This document shows, piece after piece, positions 11,618 through 23,880 of a stretch of DNA of 64,000 bases. Position numbers and translations under genes: made by a program. Positions within the stretch are counted from its first letter, which is position 1, and the number at the start of each line of letters is the position of its first letter. Under the pieces are notes generated by a model, which did no database searches, was not told where the DNA came from, and saw only the letters and a program-made list of their open reading frames with translations. This stretch comes from Octopus vulgaris. Taxonomy: Eukaryota. The stretch covers positions 10,106,001 to 10,170,000 of the forward strand of contig OX597836.1 in the NCBI GenBank assembly GCA_951406725.2, written 5' to 3'.

Positions 11618-12123
11618 ATTATTTAAGATTTTATTATGAAATTATCTGTTTATATATAAAAGGCAGGACGTATGTGTGTGTACGTGAATGTAATTTATGC
11701 ACGTCCACAAATAGGCAGGCATGTCGCTCCAATTTTAGGAGGACATTCGATTTTATTATTGTCCATACAGACGAACATATATATAATCTATGATCTGGGG
11801 GTCATATACAATATGATCTGGGGGTCATATGCAACGAATGAGTTGGTTAAAAATTTATAAAAACATAACATCGAATGGGGCACAAAAGATATTAACAAAC
11901 AATGAGGGCAGCATGAGGTTAAAAGAAGACAGATTTGCTCCGACCCCACGAACCCTGCCCTTTTTACCGCCACCTTGCATTTCCGTTATGACATGCTTGC
12001 GAAGGGCCTTTCACTCCCAACATGTATGCAACACGTGTCCATCGTTTTTGAAGCACACTCTGTGACAGACCCCTTCTCTCCAGCCCCGCCTTTCTTTTCA
12101 GGTGAGACGTAAAAACATTTTAC

Positions 12124-13640
12124 CCATTTCTTTACTACCCACAAGGGGTTAAACACAGAGGGGACAAACAAGGACAGACAAACGGATTAAGTCGATTACA
12201 TCGACCCCAGTGCGTAACTGGTACTTAATTTACCGACCTCGAAAGAGTGAAAGGCGAAGTCGACCTCGGCGGAATTTGAACTCAGAACATAAAAACAGAC
12301 GAAATACCTATTTCTTTACTACCCACAAGGGGCTAAACACAGAGAAGGGAAACAAGGACAGAGAAACGGATTAAGTCGATTACATCGATCCCAGTGCGTA
12401 ACTGGTACTTATTTAATCGACCCCGAAAGGATGAAAGGCAAAGTCGACCTCGGCGGAATTTGAACTCAGAACGTAGCGGCAGACGAAATACCTATTTCTT
12501 TACTACCCACAAGGGGCTAAACACAGAGGGGACAAACAAGGACAGACAAACGGATTAAGTCGATTACATCGATCCCAGTGCGTAACTGGTACTTAATTTA
12601 TCAACCCCGAAAGGCAAAGTCGACCGGCATTTCGCCCGGCGTACTAACGATTCTGCCAGCTCGCTGCCTAACATTCACAAAAATAATATTGGCTTCAAAT
12701 TTTGGCACAAGGCCAGCAAATTCGGGAGACTGATAAGTCGATTACATCGACTCCAGTGCTCAACTGGTACTTATTTTATCGATCTCGAAAGAATGAAATG
12801 TAAAGTCGACGTCCATAGAATTTGAAACCAAAACGTAAAGACGGACGAAATACCTATTTATTTACTACCCACAAGGGGCTACACAGAGAGGAGACAAACA
12901 AGGACAGACAGACGGATTAAGTCGATTACATCGGCTCCAGTGCGTAACTGGTACTTATTTAATCGACCCCGAAAGGATGAAAGGCAAAGTCGACCTCGGC
13001 AGAATTTGAACTCAGAACGTAACGGCAGACGAAATACCTATTTCTTTACTACCCACAAGGGGCTAAACACAGAGTAGACAAACAAGGACAGACAGACGGA
13101 TTAAGTCGAGTACATTCACCCCAGTGCGTAACTGGTACTTATTTAATCGACCCCGAAAGGATGAAAGGCGAAGTCGACCTCGGCAGAATTTGAACTCAGA
13201 ACGTAACGGCAGACGAAATACCTATTTCTTTACTACCCACAAGGGCTAAACACAGAGTAGACAAACAAGGACAGACAGACGGATTAAGTCGAGTACATTC
13301 ACCCCAGTGCGTAACTGGTACTTATTTAATCGACCCCGAAAGGATGAAAGGCGAAGTCGACCTCGGCAGAATTTGAACTCAGAACGTAACGGCAGACGAA
13401 ATACCTATTTCTTTACTACCCACAAGGGCTAAACACAGAGTAGACAAACAAGGACAGACAGACGGATTAAGTCGAGTACATTCACCCCAGTGCGTAACTG
13501 GTACTTATTTAATCGACCCCGAAAGGATGAAAGGCGAAGTCGACCTCGGCGGAATTTGAACTCAGAACGTAACGGTAGACGAAATACCGCTACGCATTTC
13601 GCCCGGCGTGCTAACGTTTCTGCCATCTCACTGCATTATG
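12124..13640 (-). mobile_element. Tandem arrays of SINE family B (tRNA head plus probable Meta-type domain), about 184-bp units
   Basis: Junction GAAATACC|TATTT at 12308, 12492, 12854, 13038, 13222, 13405; heads at 12625-12670 and 13588-13640; B box GAGTTCAAATTCC; GCCTTTCATCCTTTCGGGGTCGAT domain. Confidence 0.9.
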
Positions 13641-14110
13641 AGCCGTTAATATCTAAAACAAATATATATAATAAATAAAGCGCAAGGAAATTTGTATTCT
13701 AAAATAAATATTTTAAGCATTATTTACAAAAAAACATTTGATTAAAAATTATTATAAAAACATGCTTAAATCAGCTTTAATCGGCCATTTTTGATGATCG
13801 ACATAAATTTTGTTTTAAATATCAATATTTTGATAGCAGAATATGTCTGTCGCTCAAATATAACAAGTGATCATGTTATGTTTATTTAATTTATGTGTAT
13901 TTTTTATAATAATTTTGGCATAAGCTACAGATGTGCGTCACCTCCAGCGAATTTGTTTCTCTGTAAATTTCAGAAAGATGCATATTTGTCAATGAAATTT
14001 TCCAGAGATACATTTAAGATGGCGTAGATTAGGGGTTAGGGGATTTGTTATGAGAAAAATTTTCCTGATATGGCGTTGGTGGGGAGGATGGAGGCAATCT
14101 TTCGTCTCTA

Positions 14111-14504
14111 GTAGACCTTTCCGTCGATTTCCGGAAAATTTTTTTTTTTTTACATATGGGCTTGCGGGAACTTTTGAAGTAATGAGAGCGAAAGAGACTA
14201 AGAGAAAGCCATTTTATGACGAGGGAAGTTCTTTTGAAGTTACCGTGCATGGCAAGCATTGATGTACGTGTGTGTGTGTGTGTGTGTGTGTGTTTGATGG
14301 GGTGTGGGAGACAGGCAGTATGTTGTGTAAGTGAAGTGCTTCTGTTAGTGTGTGTGAAGAGACAGAGTAATGTGTGAAAGAAAGAGATAACTGACATTTT
14401 TTACTCGGTGTATGTGTATATGTATGTATATTACTTCAAAAGTTCCCGCAAGCCCATATGTAAAAAAAAAAAATTTTTTTACGGAAATCGACGGAAAGGT
14501 CTAC
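14111..14504. mobile_element. Young MITE with about 72-bp near-perfect TIRs
   Basis: GTAGACCTTTCCGTCGATTTCCG...CATATGGGCTTGCGGGAACTTTTGAAGTAAT inverted; TA on both sides. Confidence 0.9.
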
Positions 14505-14645
14505 TAAAATTACCATCTAAATTTGATGTGGAAGACCCCTTGCGGATAATTGGGGATGGGGGTCGGATAATTCGCACATCTTCACTTTGTTTCCTCAAAC
14601 GTTTTGGTGAGGTGTGTGAATCCATCACCAACACAGAAAAAAAAA

Positions 14646-15053
14646 GGATCTTTTCGGGTTGACCGGCAGTTTTTTCTAGCGTTGTCATATGAAATTGTCA
14701 CCCATAATTATGACCCTAATATCGATCTATGGCATTTCAATCTGTTTTAGGGTTAGGGGTGGGGGGAAGGGTATTTTTTTTTCTTCACAAATGTAAATAA
14801 ACCCAATCTGTTTCTTAAACGAGGGACTTATTCATACGGCACAGAATGTTTTCACCTCAATGGACGTCATTGATTGGTTGAAGTTGCAGAAATTGAAGAA
14901 AAAACAACAAATATCTTACAAACTATAGAATTTTCTCAATAAAGCCAAGAGAAAGAGATGTTTTATAAATACATTCTACCAGTATACGAAGTTTAAAAGT
15001 GTTTAGTTACGTGGAAATTATGTTTAAAACTGCCGTTCAAACCGAAAAGATCC
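14646..15053. mobile_element. GGATC-ended MITE (Mutator-like)
   Basis: 28-bp TIRs GGATCTTTTCGG(G/T)TTGA(C/A)CGGCAGTTTT. Confidence 0.85.
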
Positions 15054-15928
15054 GGGGATGGGGGTCGGATAATTCGCACATCTTCACTTTGTTTCCGCAA
15101 ACACAAAAAAAAAAATTATTCTTCCCCTTCCCTCAAATTCGATATAATTGTAATCTTCGCCATCTGAACGTATTTGTTGAAAATTTTATCTAAAAAAAAA
15201 TATTCATTTTTTTTAGAAAGTTATGAGGAAACAAAGTCTTATGTGTTTATAAGTATGTGTGTATGGGGGGGGGGACACATCTGAAGCTATGCAATAATTT
15301 TTAACTGTATATCATCTTTAATGAACGATTTTTTTTTACTATCAACATTAACCATGTTTAACTTCATATTCAGTATTTTGATAGCAGAAATATATACGCT
15401 CAAATTTATATATTTGATTAATGTGTATTTTTATTTAAAAAAAAAAAGAAGTTAACTGTTAAATCAACTTTAACGAATTATTTTTTTATGATCAACATTA
15501 ACTTTGTGTAGTTTCACATTCATTGTTTCTATAGCAAAATATTATACTTATTTGATGGCATATAAAATGCAGTTTTCTGAAAGAAAATGTCTTTAAAAAA
15601 AGGAAAAAAAAAAAAACCCAAAGAATCACCCTGGGCCTTATTTGCCAAGTTTGGGCCTCTTATTAGTTTTAATGTATGAAAAAAAACAACATTTTTACTG
15701 AATCTTCGCTGCTGAAATCGGGATGCATCTAATATACCCGTGATTCTTTTATGCCATCAAATACGATATCTGTTGTCGTTCAAACTTCACAAGTGATTTG
15801 TATATATATATGAATAATGTATGTTTATAATCATTTTTAACGGTTACATCATCTTTAATCAACCATTATTTTTATGATCAACATTAACTTTGTTTAGCTT
15901 CACTTTCAATAATTCCGATAACAACGGA

Positions 15929-16211
15929 ATGTATATATATATATATATGTATATATGTATATATATGTATATATATGTATATATATGTGTATATATGTAT
16001 ATATATGTGTATATGTGTGTATATATGTATATATGTGTATATGTGTGTATATATGTGTATATATGTGTATATATGTGTATATGTGTGTATATATGTATAT
16101 GTGTATATGTGTGTATATATGTATATGTGTATATGTGTATATATATATGTGTATATATGTATATATATATATATGTGTATATATGTATATATATATATAT
16201 GTATATATATG

Positions 16212-16260
<49 letters not shown>

Positions 16261-16301
16261 GTATATATATGTATATATATATATGTATATAAATGTATAT
16301 A

Positions 16302-16385
<84 letters not shown>

Positions 16386-16440
16386 GTGTATATATACACA
16401 TATACATATATATACACATATACTTATATATCTATGTATG
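15929..16440. repeat. About 500-bp (TA)n array with TG interruptions
   Basis: Direct reading. Confidence 0.95.
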
Positions 16441-17366
16441 ATACTTCCGTCGCCCAAGTTTCTCAAGTGACCTGTTATATGTATGTATGTTTCTTTTTTT
16501 TTTTTTTATCTGATTTATGTGTTTCGAAAACTATTTTTTGACTGAAATCCTTTGGGAATTATGCATAACGTAGTTTATAATATATTTAGTTTTCGCTCTA
16601 GTGAAAAAAAAAATTACCAAAAAGAAAAAGATCTAAAAATATTTATTTCCCAATATTGTGTTTGCGGCTTGCATCTCCTAATCAATCGAGCAACAAGTTA
16701 TCTTGTATGATTGCCATGCCAAATTGAGTAATCAATATATATTATTTATGTCTAGCAATAAAATTCGGCCTCAAAACTGTCTGATGGTTGGTGTTTCAAG
16801 TGGACAAAGCACCGCATCGGTCATTTAAGAGACTGAATCGTTATCGGCCGTTAAATTTTTGTGTGATATTTATCATATAGACAGAGTTATTACCCGTTGA
16901 ATGACCTTTCGCCCTTTTTGCTGTCATTTGACTTTGACCATGCTGGGGGCATCGCCTTGAAGGATTGCAATTACATTACCGAGTGTACTAAATGGGTGAG
17001 GGTAAAGAGATATTTTACCATTAATTTATAGAGCAATAAAAAAAATGGAGGGGATCAAGAGGTGCTTCATCAACTTTGCCTCAATTTTATCGACTAATTA
17101 CTTCAGTCTACTGGAAGGATAAAGGTAGAATGAAGTATTTTTGCCTCTTGCCTGAAACAGCTGTAAGATATTTTCCCAATTTCTATTCCTGTACGTTATA
17201 TATTTTGATAATTACTGGTATCTTTATATATTTTATATGTAAAGCATAATATGTTATACATGTATGTATATTCTTGTAATTGTCATTTTAGTAAATAAAT
17301 AAATACACATAATATAATGTCTAAAAGTTGATGAACCACCTATTGATCCCCTCCATATTCTTATTG

Positions 17367-17428
<62 letters not shown>

Positions 17429-17556
17429 CACACAAAATAGAACGAACGCAAAACATCCAGATAGACGATACAAAAACACGGACGGGCCATTCGAAGCCTT
17501 TAATCTTCAGTCAAGAACCGGATCATCCTCGCAATTTCGGCTGATTAATCTTGATA

Positions 17557-17626
<70 letters not shown>

Positions 17627-17627
<1 letters not shown>

Positions 17628-17832
17628 CGAGAAGGTTTACGAAAATAAACAAAAGACGGAGGCAAGTGGAGTACAAATAAACAAATATATTAGTATGGCG
17701 CTCAGGAATAGAAATAGAACAAGTCTTTTACGTTTCGAGCCTACACTCTTCGACAGAAAGATACACAGAAAAGGAGAGAAACAAGGAGAGAAAAAAATGC
17801 GTGTAGGAGCTAACGATCTATCATGGCGTCGG
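17627..17832 (-). mobile_element. PLE-like terminal remnant in (TA)n with hammerhead-like motif (17724-17761)
   Basis: TCTTT-CTGTCGA-A-GAG(TGTAGG)CTC-GAA-ACGT-A-AAAGA; homologous to 62416-62627. Confidence 0.6.
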
Positions 17833-18039
17833 GCATATATATATAATTTCTTGGGGTCAATTTATTCGGCTAAAACCTATCCAGGAGGTGCCCCAGCATG
17901 GCCTCAGTCCAGTGGCCAAAACAAGTAGAAAGAATAACGACAACCTAATTTTAAAGATCTTATCGACTCGTTTCGGTCATTGGACGATATTTCGATGTAT
18001 TTGTTTATGTCTATAAATCGAACTTTTGTTGCAGATTGA

Positions 18040-18685
18040 AGGCGTTATTGACTTGCTGCTTGACAAAACAGCGCGTGGGTGGCTGCTGAATTATTCATGA
18101 GGTGTAAGCCTCTCGATCGCAGAGACACGCGTGTGAAACGTGACTGACAGATTGACTGGCTGACTGACATACCCGAATAAATGCGTGGGTAGCTGAGGAA
18201 ATATATTATCGATTATTTATCGATTTTTGTGAGAAAGCGTGGCCATCTGACTCCACTATACAACGCAAACACAGCGTGGGTGGGTGGGTGTTTGGTTCAC
18301 GAAATACTTATGGCTTACATATGCATCGATTGTTTGGGAGAAATGCGTGACTATGTACCCGAATGAAAACACGGGTAGCTGGGGAGTTATTATGATCAAT
18401 TATTCATCGATTACTGAGACTAAAGCGTGACTGATTGACTACACAGCGCAAATGATGCGTGGGTAGCTTATATATATATATATATATATTGGTCTCTTAT
18501 CTTGTTTTCAGTCAACGGTCTGCGGCCATGCTGGGGCACCATCTTGAAGGGTTCTAGTCGAGTAAATCTACTCCAGTACTTGCTTTTTTTTAGAGTCTGG
18601 TAGTGATTCTATTTTATCGGTCTCTTGTGCGTGTGTGTGTGTGTATACATACATACGTACAAATATACATGCATACATGTGTGTG

Positions 18686-18728
<43 letters not shown>

Positions 18729-18756
18729 AGATACAAGTCAATTGCACTGAGCCACG

Positions 18757-18847
<91 letters not shown>

Positions 18848-19010
18848 GAACTCAACGGGCTTCTTTCAGTTTCCATCTACTAAATTCACTCACAAGGCTT
18901 TTAGTCGGCCCGGAGCTTTTGTAGAAGACACTCGCCCAAGGTGCCATGCAGTGGGACTGAACCCGGAACCGTGTGACTGGAAAGCAGGCTTCTTACCACG
19001 CAGTCACCCT

Positions 19011-19053
<43 letters not shown>

Positions 19054-19295
19054 CTGATTACCCCAAATAAAAGCACCGGTGGCTGGGGAATTGGCTGTCG
19101 TCAGTTAAGTGATCAATTTGCTCAAAGAAAAGCGTGGCCGATTTTCGTCGAACAAATCAGAACGCAAACATAATGCGGAGGCGGTGCTACGCATTTACCA
19201 ATTGCCAAGAGAAATAGCGTGACTGACTACAAAGATATTGCGTGGGCGACTGTGTATGCGTTTATTGATTTCGTAGAGAAAGCGTGACTGACTTG
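18040..19295. repeat. Degenerate GCGTG-rich tandem repeat, split by a SINE (about 18495-19010)
   Basis: Recurrent TACCCGAAT..GGGTAGCTG..GAAAGCGTG..ACGCAAA blocks at about 18170, 18356 and 19060. Confidence 0.6.
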
Positions 19296-19335
19296 TTAAT
19301 AAGGTGAGCAACGAATACATACATATATATATATA

Positions 19336-19926
19336 CTCTTTTACTTGGCTCAGTCATTTGACTGTGGCCATGCTGGAGCACCACCTTTTAGTCGAGCAAA
19401 TCGACCCCAGGACTTATTCTTTTGTAAGCCTAGTACTTATTCTATCGGCCTCTTTTGCCGAACTGCTAAGTTACGGGGACGTAAACACAACAGCATCGGT
19501 TGTCAAGCGATGTTGGTGGGGGACAAACACAGACACGCAAACACGCACACACATATATATATATACACATACATATATACGACGGGCTTCTTTCAGTTTC
19601 CGTCTACGAAATCCACTCACAAGGCTTTGGTGGGCCCGAGGCTATAGTAGAAGGCACTTACCCAAGGTGCCACGCAGTGAGAATGAACTCGGAACCATGT
19701 GGTTGGTAAGCAAGCTACTTACCACACAGCCACTCCTGCGCCTATATATATTCTTTTATTCTTTTACTTGAGTGTGGCCATGCTGGAGCACCGCCTTTAG
19801 TGGAACAAACAGACCCCAGGACTTATTCTTTGCAAGCCTAGTACTTATTCTTTCGGTCTCCTTTGCCGCACCGCTAGATTACGGGGACGTGAACGCACCA
19901 GCATCGGTTGTCAAGCGATGTTGGGA

Positions 19927-19930
<4 letters not shown>
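19336..19930 (-). mobile_element. SINE family A full copy (19336-19743) plus 3' half
   Basis: Collinear with other copies. Confidence 0.9.
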
Positions 19931-19982
<52 letters not shown>

Positions 19983-20011
19983 TACATATATACATACATA
20001 TATACATATAT

Positions 20012-20552
20012 AATATGGGGTGGGACCGCTTTTGGTAGTAATTACATCTTGAATTCTACGGGGTATGGACTCGTACAAAGTTTGAATTGTTTCCGAAGGA
20101 ATTTTTGTCCATTCTTCAGCTAAAACAGTTTCCAGTTCTTGTAGTGATGATGGTGGATGAGTCCGACGGTCCCTATCTGAGAGTTTTGGTTGTCTTCCGG
20201 AATTTCGTTTCGACGAGGAGGTTTTTCCCTCTTTCTCAAAAGGCTGTCGTCACTTTCGAGACAGTACTTCTTGATACACCGAACATTTCGGCTGTTTTCG
20301 TTACGCGAGCGCCTGCCACACAAGCACCAACAATTGGACCTCTTCGAAAGCCAGATAGATCTGTCATTTTAATGAATTTTAATACCTTTTCTGATGATAT
20401 CTGAAACGAAACAACAGTTTTAGCAAAACATATTAAGCAACGCTAAAAATATATCAAAAAACAAAAATAAACAAGCCTTTGACTGTTGCATAGATATTTG
20501 AAAATTATGATGCTATGATGCTAGGTGTTTCCATTATTTTGTCCAACCCCTG
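20012..20552 (-). mobile_element. Internally deleted Tc1 transposon
   Basis: TA+CAGGGGTTGGACAAAATAATGGAAACAC TIR; ATG at 20367 gives MTDLSGFRRGPIVGA...GVSRSTVSK (HTH) joined to C-terminus ELETVLAEEW...YESIPRRIQDVI..KSGPTPY; stop and frameshift present. Confidence 0.9.
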
Positions 20553-20835
20553 TATATATATATATATATATATATTTGTGTGAGTGTGTGTTTCTTCCAC
20601 CACTTGTCAACCGATGTTGGTGTGTTTATGTCTCCATAACTTACAAAGAAGACCATCGTATATATATATATATCTGTGTGTGTGTATGTTTGTGCGTCTG
20701 TCCTCCCACCATCGCTTGAAACCGATGCTGGTGTGTTTACGTCTACGGAACGTAGCGGTTCAGCAAAAGAAACGGGTATATGCTTCAGCATGGCCGCAGT
20801 CAAATGACTGAAACAAGTAAAAGAAAAGAAGAATA

Positions 20836-20864
20836 TATCTATCTATCTATCTATCTATCTATCC

Positions 20865-20942
<78 letters not shown>

Positions 20943-20992
20943 GTATCCATCTATCTATCTATCTATCTATCTATCCATCTATCTATCTATCC

Positions 20993-21033
<41 letters not shown>

Positions 21034-21071
21034 CCTACCTACCTACCTATCTCTCTCTCTCCCTCTCTTTA

Positions 21072-21104
<33 letters not shown>

Positions 21105-21132
21105 TTATCTCTCTCTCTATCTATCCATCTAT
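20836..21132. repeat. (CTAT)n then (CT)n microsatellite
   Basis: Direct reading. Confidence 0.95.
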
Positions 21133-21311
21133 GTAGGTGTGTATATAGATATATATATGTAATTTAAATGTTTAAGTGAATCTAACGGATTTTGTGTGTT
21201 TCTTAAATGGCTTATAAACACCTTCCACGCTGCAATTGTTTTCGTTCCAGCACACGATCCCAGATCAGGTCACTTGCTATGCAAGTACATCTCCGTAATA
21301 TATATATATAT

Positions 21312-21604
21312 ACAAGAAAAAAGCAACAAGAATGGATTAGTTTTTTTAGTACAATTGTTTCATACAAAGACAAGCTTTATTAAAAGCTGCAAATATTGCA
21401 GCTTTTAATATTGCAGCTTTTAATAAAGCTTGTCTTTGTATGAAACAATTGTACTAAAAAACTAATCCATTCTTGTTGCTTTTTCTCGTTTATAATCACC
21501 CTACATTATTGTATGGTTAATACCATATAGTTTTCTGGTGCATCTAAGTTAAGTACCGCATTCAAGTGAATTAATTAGAACTGACTTGAATCTTAATTGT
21601 TTTT

Positions 21605-21610
<6 letters not shown>
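21312..21610 (+). mobile_element. (TA)n-embedded fold-back island, probable PLE terminus
   Basis: Inverted arms 21316-21485 with one arm extended to (TA)n; GAAACAATTGTA stem-III-like motif. Confidence 0.5.
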
Positions 21611-21680
<70 letters not shown>

Positions 21681-21929
21681 CACGTATATCTCCAAAATGA
21701 AGCTCGAATTAAAAAAAAAATCTGAAGTGTGTTAGTATGTATGAAAAACTTATGTGAGGTGTGCGGTCACCAGTTTTTCTTCTTATTATTATTTTTATTT
21801 CGCATTAGATTCCTCAATAGTCGTAATCTACACCAACCGAAAGGTATTTGTAGAAAATTTCAGTAAAAAATATAAAATCTTCTGAAAGTTATGAGGAAAC
21901 AAAGTCAGGGCGGTACACACTTGTGGAAG

Positions 21930-22013
21930 TGTGTGAATGCATGTGTGTGTGTGTGTGTGTATGTGTGTGTGTGTGTGTGTGTGGCCATAACTGTGTGTGA
22001 ATGCGTATGAGTA

Positions 22014-22045
<32 letters not shown>

Positions 22046-22145
22046 CTCATAACTGTATGAATGCGTGTGTGTGCGCGTTTGCGCGTGAGTATATGTGTGT
22101 TTGTATGTATGTGCGCGGGCGTGTTTGTATGTGAGTTTGTGTGTG

Positions 22146-22179
<34 letters not shown>

Positions 22180-22415
22180 TGAGTTTGTGTGTGTGTGTGT
22201 AAGTTTGTGTGTTAGTGTGTGGGTGTGTGTTTGTGTGTTAGTGTGTGTGTGGGTGTGTGTATGTGTGTGTGTGTGTATGTGTGTGTGTGTGTGTGGGTGT
22301 GGGTGTGTGTGTGTGTGTGTGTGTGTTTGTGTGTGAGTTGTGTGTGTGTGTGTGTGTGTTTGTGTGTGTGGTAGTGTGTGTGTGTGTGTGTGTGTGTGCG
22401 TGAGTGTGTGTGTGT
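21930..22415. repeat. Interrupted (TG)n array
   Basis: Direct reading. Confidence 0.95.
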
Positions 22416-22663
22416 AGCTTTATCGCATGCTCAGAGCTATGAAGTGAAGTCTGCAGCAGTCAAATGAACGAGTTAAACGTCACCAAACTTTCCTTTAGTC
22501 CACTCGAAGTTATCTCCCTTGCACGTTCTCCAGACCGTCAATGCTTATCTCTCGTTGATCTCTTTAAAGCGCTCGACAAAATACTTTCTCAAGGCAACAA
22601 TTATTATATAATTTGATATGATATGATATCTCATAATATAATAAAGTATTACATTATATAATA

Positions 22664-22704
<41 letters not shown>

Positions 22705-22899
22705 CTGCTTCTAGTTCAGCTGGTTAGATCGTCATGCTGACCACGCAAATGTCCAGTTCCATACTTTCTAATCAGTTTAGCTGATGTTGCACCTGAGCAG
22801 TGTATTCAATAAACTCATTATTAATATAACATACACACCCACACTCACGCTCTCATATATAATAAATACACGTGCATAAGTATATATATACATACATAC

Positions 22900-22931
<32 letters not shown>

Positions 22932-22934
22932 ATT

Positions 22935-23880
22935 ATTCTTTCACTTGTTTCAGTCATTTGACTGCAGCCATGCTGGAGCATCGCCATTAGTCGAACATAT
23001 CGTCCCGCACCCTGGACATATTCTTTATAATCCTAGTACTTATTCTATCGGTCTCTTTTGCCGAACCTCTAATGTTACGGGGACGTAAACACACCAATAT
23101 TAGTTGTCAAGTGATGGTGAGGAACAAACAGACACACAAATACATACACACACACACATATATATATACGACGGGATTCTTTCAGTTTCCGTCTACCAGA
23201 TTCACTCACAAGGCTTTGGTCAACCCGAGGCTATAGTAGAAGACACTTGCCCAAAGTGCCACGCAGTGGGACTGAACCCGGAACCATGTGGTTGGGTAGT
23301 AAGCATCTTACAACACAGCCACATACATACATACATATCGTACTTAATATCGGTATAACCATGATGCAACCCCGAAAAACTGACCCACTACGTGGTATCC
23401 GGCATAATGAAATAGGAGTGTATTTGTATACCCCTAACGTTAGACGCAGGGGTGGCTGTGTGGTAAGAAGCTTGCTTCCCAACCACATGGTTCCAGGTTC
23501 AGTACCACTGTATGGCACCTTGGGCAAGTGACTTCTACTGTAGCCTCGGGCCGACCAAAGCCTTGTGAGTGGATTTGGTAGACGGAAACTGAAAGAAGCC
23601 CGTCGTATATTAATATATATATATTTGCGTGTATGTGTGTGTGTGTGTGTGTGTGTGCTTGTGTGTGTCCCCCACTACCGTTTGACAACCAGTGTTGGTG
23701 GGTTTATGTCCGCGTAACTTAGCGGTTCGGTTAAAAGAGAGCCGATCGAATAATTACCAGGCTTTAAAAAAAATAAATAAAAGCAACGAGGTCGATTCAT
23801 TCGACTAAAAATCCTTCATATCGGTGTTCCAGCATGGCCGCACTCCAATGACTGAAACAAGTAAAAGTTAAAGAATAAAG
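22935..23880. mobile_element. Two family A SINEs head-to-head (22935-23325 minus; 23443-23880 plus)
   Basis: Collinear with family consensus. Confidence 0.85.

Larger units (their letters stand above)
13930..15280. mobile_element. Old long-TIR element (7298-7896 family) hosting two MITEs
   Basis: Left and right ends match the TIRs of 7298-7896 in inverted orientation. Confidence 0.55.

Noticed and set aside
12124-13640. 184-bp array as CRISPR or tRNA gene cluster
   Set aside because: Units are SINE bodies also found dispersed with TSDs; no cloverleaf or spacers
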